A stretch of DNA of 64,000 nucleotides from a virus (IMGVR_UViG_3300044712_002452:11336-75335); one strand, 5' to 3'. Counted from the first letter of the stretch, positions 48,301-56,646 are shown. Numbers and translations are program-made. Notes: generated by a model from the letters alone, not told the origin.

Positions 48301-48584
48301 AAAACAAAGACGGTAAGGGTGGATACGCACAGTATCGGCTAAAACTGGAAGTGTTGTTTGTATTAAGTATGAAATCAAGCAGCATTTTGAACAGTGACAC
48401 TTTAATTGCTCGCCGTCAAATTAGCAATTTTATGAAAGACAAGAAAAACAAGTCCTGGTTAGAGGCAAAAGCCAAATCGCTGAATTTAACCGCTGAGCAA
48501 TATTTAGGAAAAGTAGAAAGCGAATTGGGTGATTTGCGTACTTTTTTGGACGTCAAAGCTTACGAACAAAAGTTGTTATGTTAA
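39387..48584 (+). CDS. Virion-packaged single-chain DNA-dependent RNA polymerase (crAss-like, two double-psi beta-barrel type)
   Basis: 'ADGQG' (D935), 'YRIPT' (R1392) and catalytic 'KSGSDYDIDK' (D1431/D1433/D1435; nt 43677-43691). 3065 aa, middle gene of three giant genes. Confidence 0.85.
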   Translation: MSVCKLVIDDMHLPLLMGKMEFFVIKAIENNTELMTMFQNKDSQLFSRLYGAAYEELLKKAEMYRQGIEANRAAIEPEPGEDVDLSERARIIEDNAAYQSYIDHDQAILSNLEDLIESYFPLFETYIKQTDLFGKVKVDDREVEDDSIRMSFEQTASDLNNLDDVSTLIQFLVRGLQKAVFQKEFAGTDEAFMYAEDEYGTTVNVDYAMFMRKMLNDLEGLKTSEDMMDKLKQLAISDFGYKMLLERIDAVAVTDSLKFDLLVALMQTASKAILPVYTVSTDGPTWTVYENSTGKEIQLTMLARENFARHGIIFKGEQLASQDENGRFYLDANSPFAQKKKIALSTIQDQIDFLAALGFPLAESTRKAILKSPELIGILPNSTNRNYSALSHILYSIDQRIQSGYTLFDPFVELQKSVRGGITQNQIINHVVKDINLVLTAETRYSDKYSAIRVVKNANQDAINTQQLYNNYTLIATAINQVDKYPTLQDLLEGEPALFYLDPRTTPSARNSVFLNTMFEMDPDSSTFGRRKRDRSTNLPVKLEVVNFNSLKVRSDENDKATDLNPIDKIAMDFNGFFRKGLKETPRPGDKSTVVAMKVSSYGHTDLDLQKQDYPLSLENRNDRKPFLNIMYGYFEDVMMHKYLHQRGFYAKWKNSDKHLENGFGMYDSILSFNPAIGDQLKAEIMAQLAAAQNQEQARDIIQAFWNKYETALGTLIENFFTQRAQKMLRIVELNRNPRIQYKDLFNTAHIRNELDSHFFDMEDPLEREAAMTFYLKNAFILNTEVFKLVHGDTFYFVDTHKRLSKDTATGHFTFMDEGLMGMLNNYDASGSKNSYGAYTNYGQILYWAELFERGDIDEETYERKIEESKIKPTFRSAVIQEVKFKSVYHQKMKDEIEALRENGQLSDEEYRVYKASLEAQIDNSYGDKGNKEADGQGVATLDFYRTMSLLTNTWSPKQEETYKKITEWNSLERKLKSRASYTDDSMTTLNADGQAALRLRDQIQFSREEMGYFPLRKFQYAGPTRHEQSVNGETVAVAVPIFDKFSLRPLLPSVFGVGDPTDQYLWERMMHHNISYVKFESATKVESPKVTDTLYLNFDAENPSVRNPVSVNYAGGFEVENGGFVTTHELFFDRFKEQVSIEEDPHGSVIFGSQARKLFMMNLLGVDESNPLYENLITQYRGLLDDLITLRRNEIIQNMGGRYDQATQTYSIVNPDTFAAFVRTEFEKKGADSTIMAALKLNDRGELVYGLDAVNQSKAIEKLILSIMNRQMVRYKMNGSMLTQMASTGTERVGGFNRKATEAAYEKYGTNGLRFYGLEKKANGRFTVRSAEVKISMNKNFSPLLNLEDPERPGVAVGTVERLNELLRAESAEALAFQQATESARRMIAYRIPTAGRNFLDHFVIKEFLPEEAGDVIILPSEIVIKSGSDYDIDKMFAFYPNLDYSGERIDTDYTSSDIYSVLAELQTLKDTRAEINESIEALKTDSVYQTALSEGSRLETLLAEYRNSRKLLYAQAEKLKSEGRVRSAAYEDLVEQIKLLDGRISATDESRRNYLETKYLKERGLSRRRSIRDIREQRFTNDKYDIYFEDETVTGSNSVAPTVKWNRVIFDVRKNQRLEPFTADGKKNGVYTRALNAYIAQYDFTYHNLIDDFYIPYALERSNNPAQLAYLIRKHEKNQDYAEVIEKAKARFESVTGFEPTANTLKIAAAQYPIAVENDKLVFTQNDSYYERKSKIRAKERYLKQLEQKAQNRLLDVVHETLALGENFLQTVTPSSDFHIDPIVDDLFQRLGILKPGEKRGKKHYNNTEALMEQENLEKMISLMRAKENLGIAAVYNAFNILLQDSQAMSNPEFLRKNKIGSFFTLDNPSKGLRYEKEAGYYVTEIAYGGLYDEKGVFKSEFYTEFINAFVDAANNDYAFAINLVKEFAPIAFYMKAQGLSSEKILYFINQPVMRTYVKHLRKHTALVNKTLAPVYLPRNHRPGLGDEESTPIVHLVLSESERQQNDYYREGDENRKYKMTDSARDLAIRDTLAEMNQYGEYLEFDWTKSISRGEFFNRLKGFGLLPLDLKNPRYNEKTKQWEYPELSPKSAASIKQLQQVFKEETLREGVLAETNGEPVLLSTLTAKMQNRQLLYLLEFMNQKKGSDNMTEIQQTMNFDTKTMASGYDVNARIQRYKDLRNNAVLSADTIEYLWSKSITSPLNNNEFVNALLEKIFPLMNHPTLNDELRFHLDSVVSEKLVFGDDQKERFARIFKADFAGYVLQNYVEKSPAAMAMFKSYYQTELGFNEYLKSLIENGTLMKQHREIQNDPQFYELAETFPILNQIFMDGGLTNTALFNFAIPNFSNNELEKKSLALQFYRLTELADNDLNPYHAKVRQYMRNLGLYDIFQSGKNYSTYTYIDMVPSDLINVLYDEAFRALQSEMAASPDQNVLENAVSDFARMFFKNNQNYLLKEEQYIAGSPVKDENKRGKWYHDSALFAGVQIQLPAYQMRRKRLAREELAMGSKNRRAIVEGVKTLTMRNYRLNAGMLYELQADPSDTNRAVVDLEYMGPIRYSDLQAMTPEQQDMYATQEGFGYEVLKPQLVGDLVIPVGISGSGQEVWIEQIRRATPNVKIQVVSLEAIAKKIDISDPVQKATEMIQLVNNAVSNALTVGEKVIVDATNLNEAYRDAIVKAVQAEFPQKKISYKLFEANPSKSRHRMQQAQKRTGVKPVSDAVLAQQLNLYQKFEARFKAEKWQDEDQLNQELRTQQQVGKPRPYEVMIEAIMKGETKSIKKIDFIDNNEPMHLYAVKLLRTGEYAYGKRFVLPSRLEYNGQTRENQFVSKDQKKANVATHLISFAPAPGEGERISASFGYAQAAKGQGVPVNTMAYGESQIPYDQDTVAMVTIRGKGAATEVEKKATEIEMLNVLLAGGTIVQDDKEGRQTDWNKTGEFEVMRAVVDRLARAYSMPTGEFFSKGLEYSEHQQNKDGKGGYAQYRLKLEVLFVLSMKSSSILNSDTLIARRQISNFMKDKKNKSWLEAKAKSLNLTAEQYLGKVESELGDLRTFLDVKAYEQKLLC

Positions 48585-48642
48585 TCTACAACTGGAAATA
48601 AATCGGTAATTTTAACACATAATCTTTAATAATCAGACCCTT

Positions 48643-51600
48643 ATGTTTTCTTGTCCTAATATATCCCATCCTTTATATATTCAAATGGTTGAAGAATTTG
48701 GCGAAACCGAAGCTTCACTGATCTACGCCAAAAACAACTATGCGATGCCTGAAACCATTCAGGAAGCGCAAGTCTTGATGCGAAAGGTTAGCACGGATTT
48801 TTTTCGGGAGCGTTTTGAGCAAGTGCCGATGAGTGAAATATTGAAAAGCAAAGAAGCGCTGCGTGATTTTTTGGTAGAATATGAGCTTATTGAAGCAGAG
48901 CCGCACATCAGTCACCCTAATCGTTATATGATAACACCTGCGGGTAAAGCTGAAATTTTGGATATTTTAAAGGGTCTTCAAGAGCGATATGGGTATCCGT
49001 TTTCAGTAATCGACGATACGTTTGTAGAATTGGATGCCGAGCGGATAACGGAAGTAAACGGAAAGCATGAAATGGTCAAAGCTATTCCTGATTTAACCGA
49101 TGATGAAATCATTCATGCCGTAGTAGAAGGGTGGGGGTTGAGCCCTTTGCAAAAAGAGAAACTGTTAACCAAGTTTTCAACGGAAGATTTGCGAAATTTG
49201 ATGATCGAGCGAATGAATCAAAATGCGTTGTTGCCGGCTGGCGCACCGTATGACTTTCGTTCTTATCGAGTAATGGTTGATTTGTTTTTGTCTATGGATC
49301 CGACTTTAAAAAAGTTGTTTCCTAAAGTACACGGCACTCCTACTTATCAGTATGAATTAAGTTTAAAAAAATACATTGTTGAAAAAAGAGCGCTAAATTC
49401 TGAAATCGACTACGATTTACTCACCCGTGATTCACTCGCTCAGATTTTAAGTATGGTGGGGCATCGATCCGAACAAGCCACTGCAGCAGAAATGGATGTT
49501 TTCACCGATTTTTTTATGGATGCTCATAAGCGACTGGCTCTGATTGACAATATGCATCTCTACGATGCCACCAATCGGGCGGTGATGAAAGAAAGTCGTC
49601 AACAAGAAAACGCTTTACCTCAAAAACCGCAATCCCGCAAACTCTATTACGCTACGGCACCCGGTCGGAAAAAAGGAAAAACTCTGGCCGAAGAATTTGA
49701 AGCTCAAAAGCCAAATGATACCCAGCGTGAAATCATCGCCAAGTTGGTTGAAATGGGTACCCGTAATCCTTTTGATGAAGATGCTCACCAGCACTTTTTT
49801 GTTCCGCCGGGTGGCGGCACCCCGATTCCCGTACCAAGTACTACCGGTAAATTGGGAAGCGATTTCGATAGTTCTCTGATGCGCACCGATATCATCGAAA
49901 GCTTTGCCAAAGCGCAAGCTGAAGGCGTGTTCACCACAGATGTGAACAATATGGATGCTGAACAAGGGTTGCTGTATTTGGTCGAACAATGTGCCAAAGA
50001 CCAAGGGGCATTTTCACTCGAAGATTTACGGATCTTTCTTGACCCCTACGGAGATGATTACAAAGTACTCTTTAATGTCATTGCCGATAACGTCGGCATG
50101 CAAATAAAAACGCTTTTTGGTACGGCTGTACACGCCCTGATTGAAGACTTCATCAACGGTAAACCGGTGGATTTAGAGCAGTTTCGGGATAATCCAATGG
50201 TCAATATCGAAATGCTGCATGCCGCACTTTACGGTACTGATGTAAACAACCCCGGTGTATTTGACGTGCTCAAAAAGCTACGATCTGAAGGGTATGTGTT
50301 TATGCCTGAAGTAAAACTCTCCAATGTGAACATGGGGGGTATCATTGACGTAGTAGCCATATCGCCGGCCGGTGTGGTCCGCATATTGGACTTTAAAACC
50401 AAGAACATACGGGAGAAGTACAAAAGCAAGAATAAATCGCTCACCGAAGAATTTTTGGAAGTAATCGAACTGAACTCTTCCAAAGAAGTAACGGGTGACC
50501 CGGCTATTGTACTCCAAAACGTGCTGGGCTTCAAACGGAACCTGGTAAAAAAATGGAGTCAGCAGCTCAGTTTGTACAAAAAGATTCTAATGGAAGCCGG
50601 TGTAACGGTAGAAGATCTGGTGATCATCGGTTTACCTTATATGGTCGAAGATGAAACCGGCGCCATGGTGGATATGAAAATGGTGCAAGTAGAAGTACCT
50701 TTTGAAAAAAACATCGGAAACAACTTGTTTCAGTCTATCGATCCCAGTTTTGACGCCAATCATGTCGTAAAAAACAAACCCGCTGAAGACGCGCTGGAAA
50801 AATCCTTGCGGGCTCTCGGAGAGTCCAAAGTCTACGAAATGTTGATCCGAAGCTTTGCCGTGATCGATCATATGTACAGCTACTACGGTTTTAGCAAAGA
50901 CACCAAAGAGATATACGATGCCCTGAAACGGGGTGTAACCGATCAGAACGATTTTAAAAATCTGCGGAACTATGTCAAGCGGGCCATTGAAGACGAACAG
51001 GGTATTCAATCCTATACCCATACGGTTCGTGACTTTATGCACATGATTGTAGAAAGTGCTGAAATCGTAAACATAGTGGTCGATCAGTTCAATAAAGCCA
51101 AAGCTGAAATCGCCGATACGCCGCTGGCTATGAAAGCCAAACTCAACAAGCTCCATAAACTCAACGAATTTCTGAAGGGTTATAACCGGATGTTTGAAGA
51201 GATATCATCTATTGAGAGCATCACCGATTCGGATAACCCGGTACACAAACAAATCGCCACTATTCAGGGGGTAATCAAAAACGTACAGGACTCTTATATC
51301 CAGGATGTAACGCCGATTGTGGCGGGGATTCTGGCCGGTCAGAACGGCGGTGAGCTTTTGCTCAATATGAAACGGCAGTACGATGAGCGCATTAAAAGTG
51401 CACAGGACCGCGGGCTTTATGAAGAAGCAGCCAAACTCAAAAAGGAACGTGATGAACTGGGTGAACTGGCCACTATTCAGCAAACCCTGCAGGGAAAACG
51501 CGGGGATTCGTCATATTTTTATTCTCAATGGGTGAGTACGCTTTCCAATCCGGACGTAGTGATCGCTTCGTTTGCCAAGAACATGCAAAGCGCTATGAAC

Positions 51601-54600
51601 AAAGTCCGTATCCAAAACCTGGGTTTACGGGATGATTTGGGTAAACGATTCATGCAAAGGCGAACGCTGATGGGAAGCAGTTGGAATAAGCAAAAATTCA
51701 ACGAAGGCTTAACCAAACGAGTAAAAAAATACAATAGTCGGATCGATAAAGAAACTGAAGAACTCTGGCTCTTAACCGAGTATTCAGAAGAACTGTATTA
51801 CGACTATGAAAAACTGAAGCGTAAAGTAATTGATGCGCGCAAAGATATCCGGGAAAACGGTAAAGATGCCGCTCGGGAACTGGCGCTGGAGCAAGCGACC
51901 GCCGCCGTCTTGAATTTTGAAAAAGAGTATTTCCAGTCCGAATTCACCGATCACTATTACGAGTTGACCGGCATGCTCGATACCATGGTTACCTATGAAG
52001 GTACCACCCAATCGATTCGTAAAATTCAGGATGATCTGCGTACACAGGCCCGCGTACTGCGTAAAGCCATCGGGAATGAAGACTTCCGAGAAGGAAACAT
52101 GAACCATACCGAATTCAAAGCTTATCGGGATATTCAGGAAAAGCTAAAGAATTTGGGCAGTCGTTTTGATGTCAACGGTCGGGAAAAGACCGGCGATGCT
52201 CTTAAAATCTATGAAGTACTCAAAGAATATCGGGAAAAGACCAAAGATATCTATAACCGGGAAGTGTATGAAGGACTCTTCCAGCGCCGGGAAAACGACG
52301 TAATTGCTAAATACGGAGAAGGCTCTGCAGAGCATGATCGTTTCTTGGAAGAAGAAACCGTGGTAACGCTGAGTGACGAATACTACCAGCGTATCAGCGA
52401 AATCTATGCGCGCATGGATGAAATTGCCGGCAATACCGCCGGATATACCGTCAGTCCGATTCGGGAGCAAATCAATGAACTCAAACGGGCGTACCGGGAT
52501 GATGAAAACGTGGTAAATGGTTCGTGGATGCAGGACCGTGAAGATATTTTGCAGAAGATTAAAGACTTGGAAGAACAGGAAAAAGTCTTTTTTGAAAGTA
52601 CCGACCGGGTGTTTTTCAATACCCGCAACTTAACTACGGAAGAAGCCACGGATCTAAATGCGCTCTACGCTAAAGGGGTGTCCAATATGGATGCCGATGA
52701 ATACGATCGCTATGAGTACTTAAAAGGATTGTCGGCTGAACGAGCCGATAATGAAGAACTGGCGGAATACCAGGCTTTACGCAAAGAGCTACGGAAGCTG
52801 CGGGAAAAACGGAAAACATCGCATTATCACAAGGCTTATTACAGCGAACTGGAAGCATTTTCGATTGCCAAAGGTTGTACGATGAACGAAGCGGAAACCA
52901 AGTTTGTTGCCGAGTGGTATCAGACGCCTTGGTTTCAGCGGAACCATATTTTCGAAGAGAAAAAGGTAATGATCAAAGGGGCAAAGAAAGGGGATCCTCA
53001 GTTTAAAATGGAGATGGTACCGCGCCCGATCAGCGTGTGGACAGAAATCGTGCCAGCCACCGATGAACTGAAAAAGAAGTACATGACCCGTAAACCCAAT
53101 GGTACTTACAACCGTTCGGAACTCAAAGAAAGCTATGTGGATGCCGCAGGGGTAACGCATAAACTCAAAAACACGGACAACCGGGATATTCTCAATCGAT
53201 TCAAACCCCGGCCGGCGGCAGAATACCAAGCTAAATACGGGCGGGCGCACAAGTATCTGGATCCGGAATATGCCCGTTTGAAGCAAGGGTATCTCAGTAA
53301 TGCGCTTTCCGCACAGGATAAACAGAACTACGAAGATTTGCTGTATCTCACCAAATTAATGACGGATCAGCAAGAAGGTCTGGAAATGACCAACCGTTTA
53401 GGATATGCGGTGCCTTATATCCGTCGGGATTTTGGGGATCGATTGGCTCAAGACGGGGCAGGTAAAATTGTCAGCAGCGTCGGTAATACTATCCGGGATA
53501 AGTTTACCAAAACCGAAAATGATATCAATGCGGGTACTGTAGCCACTCCAAAAACACCCGATGAACTGCAAAGGGAAGCGGATGATGCCCTTAACAACGA
53601 ATTGGATATAGATGGTATTGGTACACTGGCCAACGATGAATACAAAGCCATACCGGTTCAGTTTACTACCAAAGGCGATTTATCACAAGCTTCGTATGAC
53701 GTATGGGGTGGGATCCTGCATTACGCCGCTTCTATCAACAAGAAAAAAGGATTGGAAGGGGAGCTGGCCCTGGCCAATGGGTTACAAGATATTTTGGAAG
53801 CCCATCCGGTAAAAGGGGAGAAGGGTAACCGTAAAATCAATGAAGTACTGGAAAAGTACACCCCGGATGCAGCTAAAGACAGTCTGGAAAAGATTAAACT
53901 GCACGTAGCCGGGGCTACGCAGCGTCAGCAGGCGATCTTGAACTACACCCGAGCCATGTTCTACAATGAAGAAACCAACGCCGGCACGGACATCTTAGGG
54001 GTCAATACGGGCAAAACGGTTTCTACGATGATGCGGGCGATTGCTTTTAGAACACTGGCCGGTGCGCCGACAACCTGGATGGCGAACGCTATTTCCGGAA
54101 ACATTCAGTCCATTATTGAATCTGTATCGGGTAAGTATTACAATTTCAATGAATACTTAGGTGCCAAAAACACGCTGTACAATCCGATGGGGGCTTCTGA
54201 GTACGGTTCACCGATTCGGGATTTGATGGCCGACGTCAATGCTTTGTACACTAAAGACGGTCCGACGCTCGGAAACAAAAGTTTTTGGGGTCAACTACTC
54301 GACGTTTTTGATGCCCTGCAGGGTCAGACCCAGGATGAATTTGGTAATCCTACGGATTGGTCGAAGCGTAAAAACATCCTGGGTCACGTTATGTATGGGG
54401 GTAAAAACTTCACCGAATGGGAAATGCAGGTGACCAGTTTTATCGCGTACATGAAAAATCAAAAGGTGATCAACGGGGAATTGATGAATCGGGAAACCTA
54501 TATCCGTCAAAATGTACCGTTGATTCCCGGCGAGTCTATGAACGAGCTGATTGCCCGGAAAATGGAAGCAGCTAAAAAGTTCAACGAAGAAAAAGTGACT

Positions 54601-55500
54601 TTGCTGGATATCTTGGAAAAAGATGCCACCGGAAAACTAAATGTGAAGCCGGCGTATGCCACCGTGTTTCAGATTGGAGATGAGAAGTTTGACGAGATGG
54701 TAAACCAAATCAATGCGCTGCAGAAAAAAATCAACGGTTCCTTCCATGAAAAGGATAAATCACAGATGGAGCGTACGGCTTTTGGTACCATGATGACTTT
54801 CTTTAGAAAGTACGTGATTCCTTTTGCTGTAAACCGATATGCTACCCGGCACAATGATTGGGAAGCCATGCGGGTAGAAGAAGGGTTTTATATGACTACG
54901 TTCAGATTGCTGAAAGAAGACTTGGTGGCGGCCAATTACAATTTAGTAAAGAACTGGAACCGGTATTCGCAGGAAGAACGTCAAGCTATCAAACAAACCC
55001 TTTTGGAAGTAGGCATTGTACTGGCCATGCTGGGCGCTGCAACGCTGCTTTTTGGATATGATGACGATGATGAAGACCGGTTTAAGAAGCTGGAAGAAAA
55101 GCCTTATTTGGCGCAGGCGGCGTTGTATGTGTTATTAAAAGCCAAGTCTGAAACGGAAGGATTTATACCCTGGCCGTCTATGGGATTGAATGAAATGTGG
55201 CGAATTGTGAGTACCCCGACGCTGGTGATCAACGATGTCAAGCAATACATTTACTTAACCGATCTGACCTTGCGAAGCGGGTTTTACTACCTGGGTGGCA
55301 ATAGCGACAATTTGGGGCACTTCTTTGGAGTAGAAGAAAAAGGGGTGTTTTATCAATCGGATGTAAGCGATAGCGGTTTAAAAGACAAAGATGATTTAAA
55401 GTGGTTTGCAGAAGCCGCCGGCATGATGGGTTATACGGGTAAGACCTTGCATCCGATCGATGCGATTAAAGGGTATGAGTACGCCCAGCGGATCAAGTAA
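48643..55500 (+). CDS. Giant virion-ejected protein with PD-(D/E)xK nuclease domain
   Basis: 2285 aa. 'PEVKL...GIIDVV...ILDFKTK...SQQLSLYKKIL' RecB/Cas4-like motifs and a hydrophobic C-terminal segment 'VGIVLAMLGAATLLFG'. Confidence 0.75.
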   Translation: MFSCPNISHPLYIQMVEEFGETEASLIYAKNNYAMPETIQEAQVLMRKVSTDFFRERFEQVPMSEILKSKEALRDFLVEYELIEAEPHISHPNRYMITPAGKAEILDILKGLQERYGYPFSVIDDTFVELDAERITEVNGKHEMVKAIPDLTDDEIIHAVVEGWGLSPLQKEKLLTKFSTEDLRNLMIERMNQNALLPAGAPYDFRSYRVMVDLFLSMDPTLKKLFPKVHGTPTYQYELSLKKYIVEKRALNSEIDYDLLTRDSLAQILSMVGHRSEQATAAEMDVFTDFFMDAHKRLALIDNMHLYDATNRAVMKESRQQENALPQKPQSRKLYYATAPGRKKGKTLAEEFEAQKPNDTQREIIAKLVEMGTRNPFDEDAHQHFFVPPGGGTPIPVPSTTGKLGSDFDSSLMRTDIIESFAKAQAEGVFTTDVNNMDAEQGLLYLVEQCAKDQGAFSLEDLRIFLDPYGDDYKVLFNVIADNVGMQIKTLFGTAVHALIEDFINGKPVDLEQFRDNPMVNIEMLHAALYGTDVNNPGVFDVLKKLRSEGYVFMPEVKLSNVNMGGIIDVVAISPAGVVRILDFKTKNIREKYKSKNKSLTEEFLEVIELNSSKEVTGDPAIVLQNVLGFKRNLVKKWSQQLSLYKKILMEAGVTVEDLVIIGLPYMVEDETGAMVDMKMVQVEVPFEKNIGNNLFQSIDPSFDANHVVKNKPAEDALEKSLRALGESKVYEMLIRSFAVIDHMYSYYGFSKDTKEIYDALKRGVTDQNDFKNLRNYVKRAIEDEQGIQSYTHTVRDFMHMIVESAEIVNIVVDQFNKAKAEIADTPLAMKAKLNKLHKLNEFLKGYNRMFEEISSIESITDSDNPVHKQIATIQGVIKNVQDSYIQDVTPIVAGILAGQNGGELLLNMKRQYDERIKSAQDRGLYEEAAKLKKERDELGELATIQQTLQGKRGDSSYFYSQWVSTLSNPDVVIASFAKNMQSAMNKVRIQNLGLRDDLGKRFMQRRTLMGSSWNKQKFNEGLTKRVKKYNSRIDKETEELWLLTEYSEELYYDYEKLKRKVIDARKDIRENGKDAARELALEQATAAVLNFEKEYFQSEFTDHYYELTGMLDTMVTYEGTTQSIRKIQDDLRTQARVLRKAIGNEDFREGNMNHTEFKAYRDIQEKLKNLGSRFDVNGREKTGDALKIYEVLKEYREKTKDIYNREVYEGLFQRRENDVIAKYGEGSAEHDRFLEEETVVTLSDEYYQRISEIYARMDEIAGNTAGYTVSPIREQINELKRAYRDDENVVNGSWMQDREDILQKIKDLEEQEKVFFESTDRVFFNTRNLTTEEATDLNALYAKGVSNMDADEYDRYEYLKGLSAERADNEELAEYQALRKELRKLREKRKTSHYHKAYYSELEAFSIAKGCTMNEAETKFVAEWYQTPWFQRNHIFEEKKVMIKGAKKGDPQFKMEMVPRPISVWTEIVPATDELKKKYMTRKPNGTYNRSELKESYVDAAGVTHKLKNTDNRDILNRFKPRPAAEYQAKYGRAHKYLDPEYARLKQGYLSNALSAQDKQNYEDLLYLTKLMTDQQEGLEMTNRLGYAVPYIRRDFGDRLAQDGAGKIVSSVGNTIRDKFTKTENDINAGTVATPKTPDELQREADDALNNELDIDGIGTLANDEYKAIPVQFTTKGDLSQASYDVWGGILHYAASINKKKGLEGELALANGLQDILEAHPVKGEKGNRKINEVLEKYTPDAAKDSLEKIKLHVAGATQRQQAILNYTRAMFYNEETNAGTDILGVNTGKTVSTMMRAIAFRTLAGAPTTWMANAISGNIQSIIESVSGKYYNFNEYLGAKNTLYNPMGASEYGSPIRDLMADVNALYTKDGPTLGNKSFWGQLLDVFDALQGQTQDEFGNPTDWSKRKNILGHVMYGGKNFTEWEMQVTSFIAYMKNQKVINGELMNRETYIRQNVPLIPGESMNELIARKMEAAKKFNEEKVTLLDILEKDATGKLNVKPAYATVFQIGDEKFDEMVNQINALQKKINGSFHEKDKSQMERTAFGTMMTFFRKYVIPFAVNRYATRHNDWEAMRVEEGFYMTTFRLLKEDLVAANYNLVKNWNRYSQEERQAIKQTLLEVGIVLAMLGAATLLFGYDDDDEDRFKKLEEKPYLAQAALYVLLKAKSETEGFIPWPSMGLNEMWRIVSTPTLVINDVKQYIYLTDLTLRSGFYYLGGNSDNLGHFFGVEEKGVFYQSDVSDSGLKDKDDLKWFAEAAGMMGYTGKTLHPIDAIKGYEYAQRIK

Positions 55501-55529
55501 GCGCCGCCCCGCAGGGTGGGGAAAAAAGT

Positions 55530-55571
55530 AAGCCCCGTCTATTTTACCATGAGGGTAATATAGCGGGGCTT
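55530..55571. terminator. Bidirectional terminator between the convergent late and early gene blocks
   Basis: AAGCCCCG...CGGGGCTT outer stem with an inner TTACC/GGTAA stem, an A-run upstream and T-rich sequence downstream. Confidence 0.7.
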
Positions 55572-55577
55572 GTTGTT

Positions 55578-55928
55578 TTAATCCTCGGGAAGTTTGTAGT
55601 CTGTAACAGCCATATGACTGATGATGTCGTCGGCGGTGAGCAAATTGTCGGCGTGCCATATGGTTTTTACTGTTTTTCCAGAACCCGTTTCGAGATTGGG
55701 CTTCCATGAAATATTGATATACCATCGATACGGTACTTCTGAAAATCCAAAATGGCAATGCGCTTTGTCTTTGATAACCGTAAACCAAGTGAGCAAATGT
55801 GGCTTTTCATCAACTTTATACGGAATATGCACTCGGCAACCTTTTGACTCCAATTCAGCTTTCATAGCAAGCAGGGTTTCATGATTGCGTTGAAGCCTGG
55901 CTCTATAAGACGTTAAGAATTCACTCAT
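55578..55928 (-). CDS. Hypothetical protein
   Basis: 116-aa ORF in the co-directional minus-strand block, overlapping the stop of the upstream gene. Confidence 0.6.
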   Translation of the reverse strand: MSEFLTSYRARLQRNHETLLAMKAELESKGCRVHIPYKVDEKPHLLTWFTVIKDKAHCHFGFSEVPYRWYINISWKPNLETGSGKTVKTIWHADNLLTADDIISHMAVTDYKLPED

Positions 55929-56646
55929 GGGGGTAGTTTTTAACTTGATCGATATAAGTTGCTACCAACACATCCCGGCGGTCTTGTAAATATTTTTTGA
56001 GATGTCCGTGAAAAGTATGATGCGCTGAAATGGTATATATTTCTTCTTTTTCTTCCGGTGTACCAAAAAGATGCACAATCTGTACCGCATTTTCGGTGTG
56101 ATCGTTATTGGCTTCATTCATTTTGAAAATTTCATAATCAAAATCTTCAGCCGCATGTACGATGTGTTTATGCGTTTTCCAATCGTAAATATATCCTATT
56201 GGGGTATTGTGTACCGAAGGAACTACGGTAAAATACAAATCAATCACTTCGCCTTCGCTGTCTACCAAAGTATCAAAAATTACTTTTGTTCCAACTGGTT
56301 TGTGCCAATGATCTGCAAAATTTACGATTTCACCATCGCATCGGTAGTCAAAGTATTTACCGTCAGACCAAGATACATGTTGACCCTGTGAACTGCTGTA
56401 GATATCACATTCTTCAGAAGTCCGGGGTTTGTATGCAATTAAAAATGCTTGGGCTTTTTCAAAAGCTTCGTCAAATGAATCGTTGGAAGTGTCAAAAGGA
56501 GATTCTTCATAACCATTATCGACTGCAAAACCGATAGCTGCCGCTATCACGGCGCATCGATAAGCCATTTGTCTTTGTTCTTTGATTTGGGCTTTTTGAA
56601 TGATTGCTTCTCTGGCTTGTTGAATTTTTGATTTAGTTGAGTCCAT
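55921..56646 (-). CDS. Hypothetical phage protein
   Basis: 241-aa ORF with tight spacing to its neighbours. Confidence 0.65.
   Translation of the reverse strand: MDSTKSKIQQAREAIIQKAQIKEQRQMAYRCAVIAAAIGFAVDNGYEESPFDTSNDSFDEAFEKAQAFLIAYKPRTSEECDIYSSSQGQHVSWSDGKYFDYRCDGEIVNFADHWHKPVGTKVIFDTLVDSEGEVIDLYFTVVPSVHNTPIGYIYDWKTHKHIVHAAEDFDYEIFKMNEANNDHTENAVQIVHLFGTPEEKEEIYTISAHHTFHGHLKKYLQDRRDVLVATYIDQVKNYPHE

Noticed and set aside
17880-55061. Numerous 60-230-aa antisense and alternate-frame ORFs within the large genes (e.g. 32212-32904, 50632-51156, 52789-53286)
   Set aside because: They are fully nested in long coding genes, have no recognisable motifs, and are expected as shadow ORFs.
55396-55884. 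ORFs 55396-55788 (minus) and 55621-55884 (plus)
   Set aside because: They span the terminator or are antisense to 55578-55928, with no supporting motifs.
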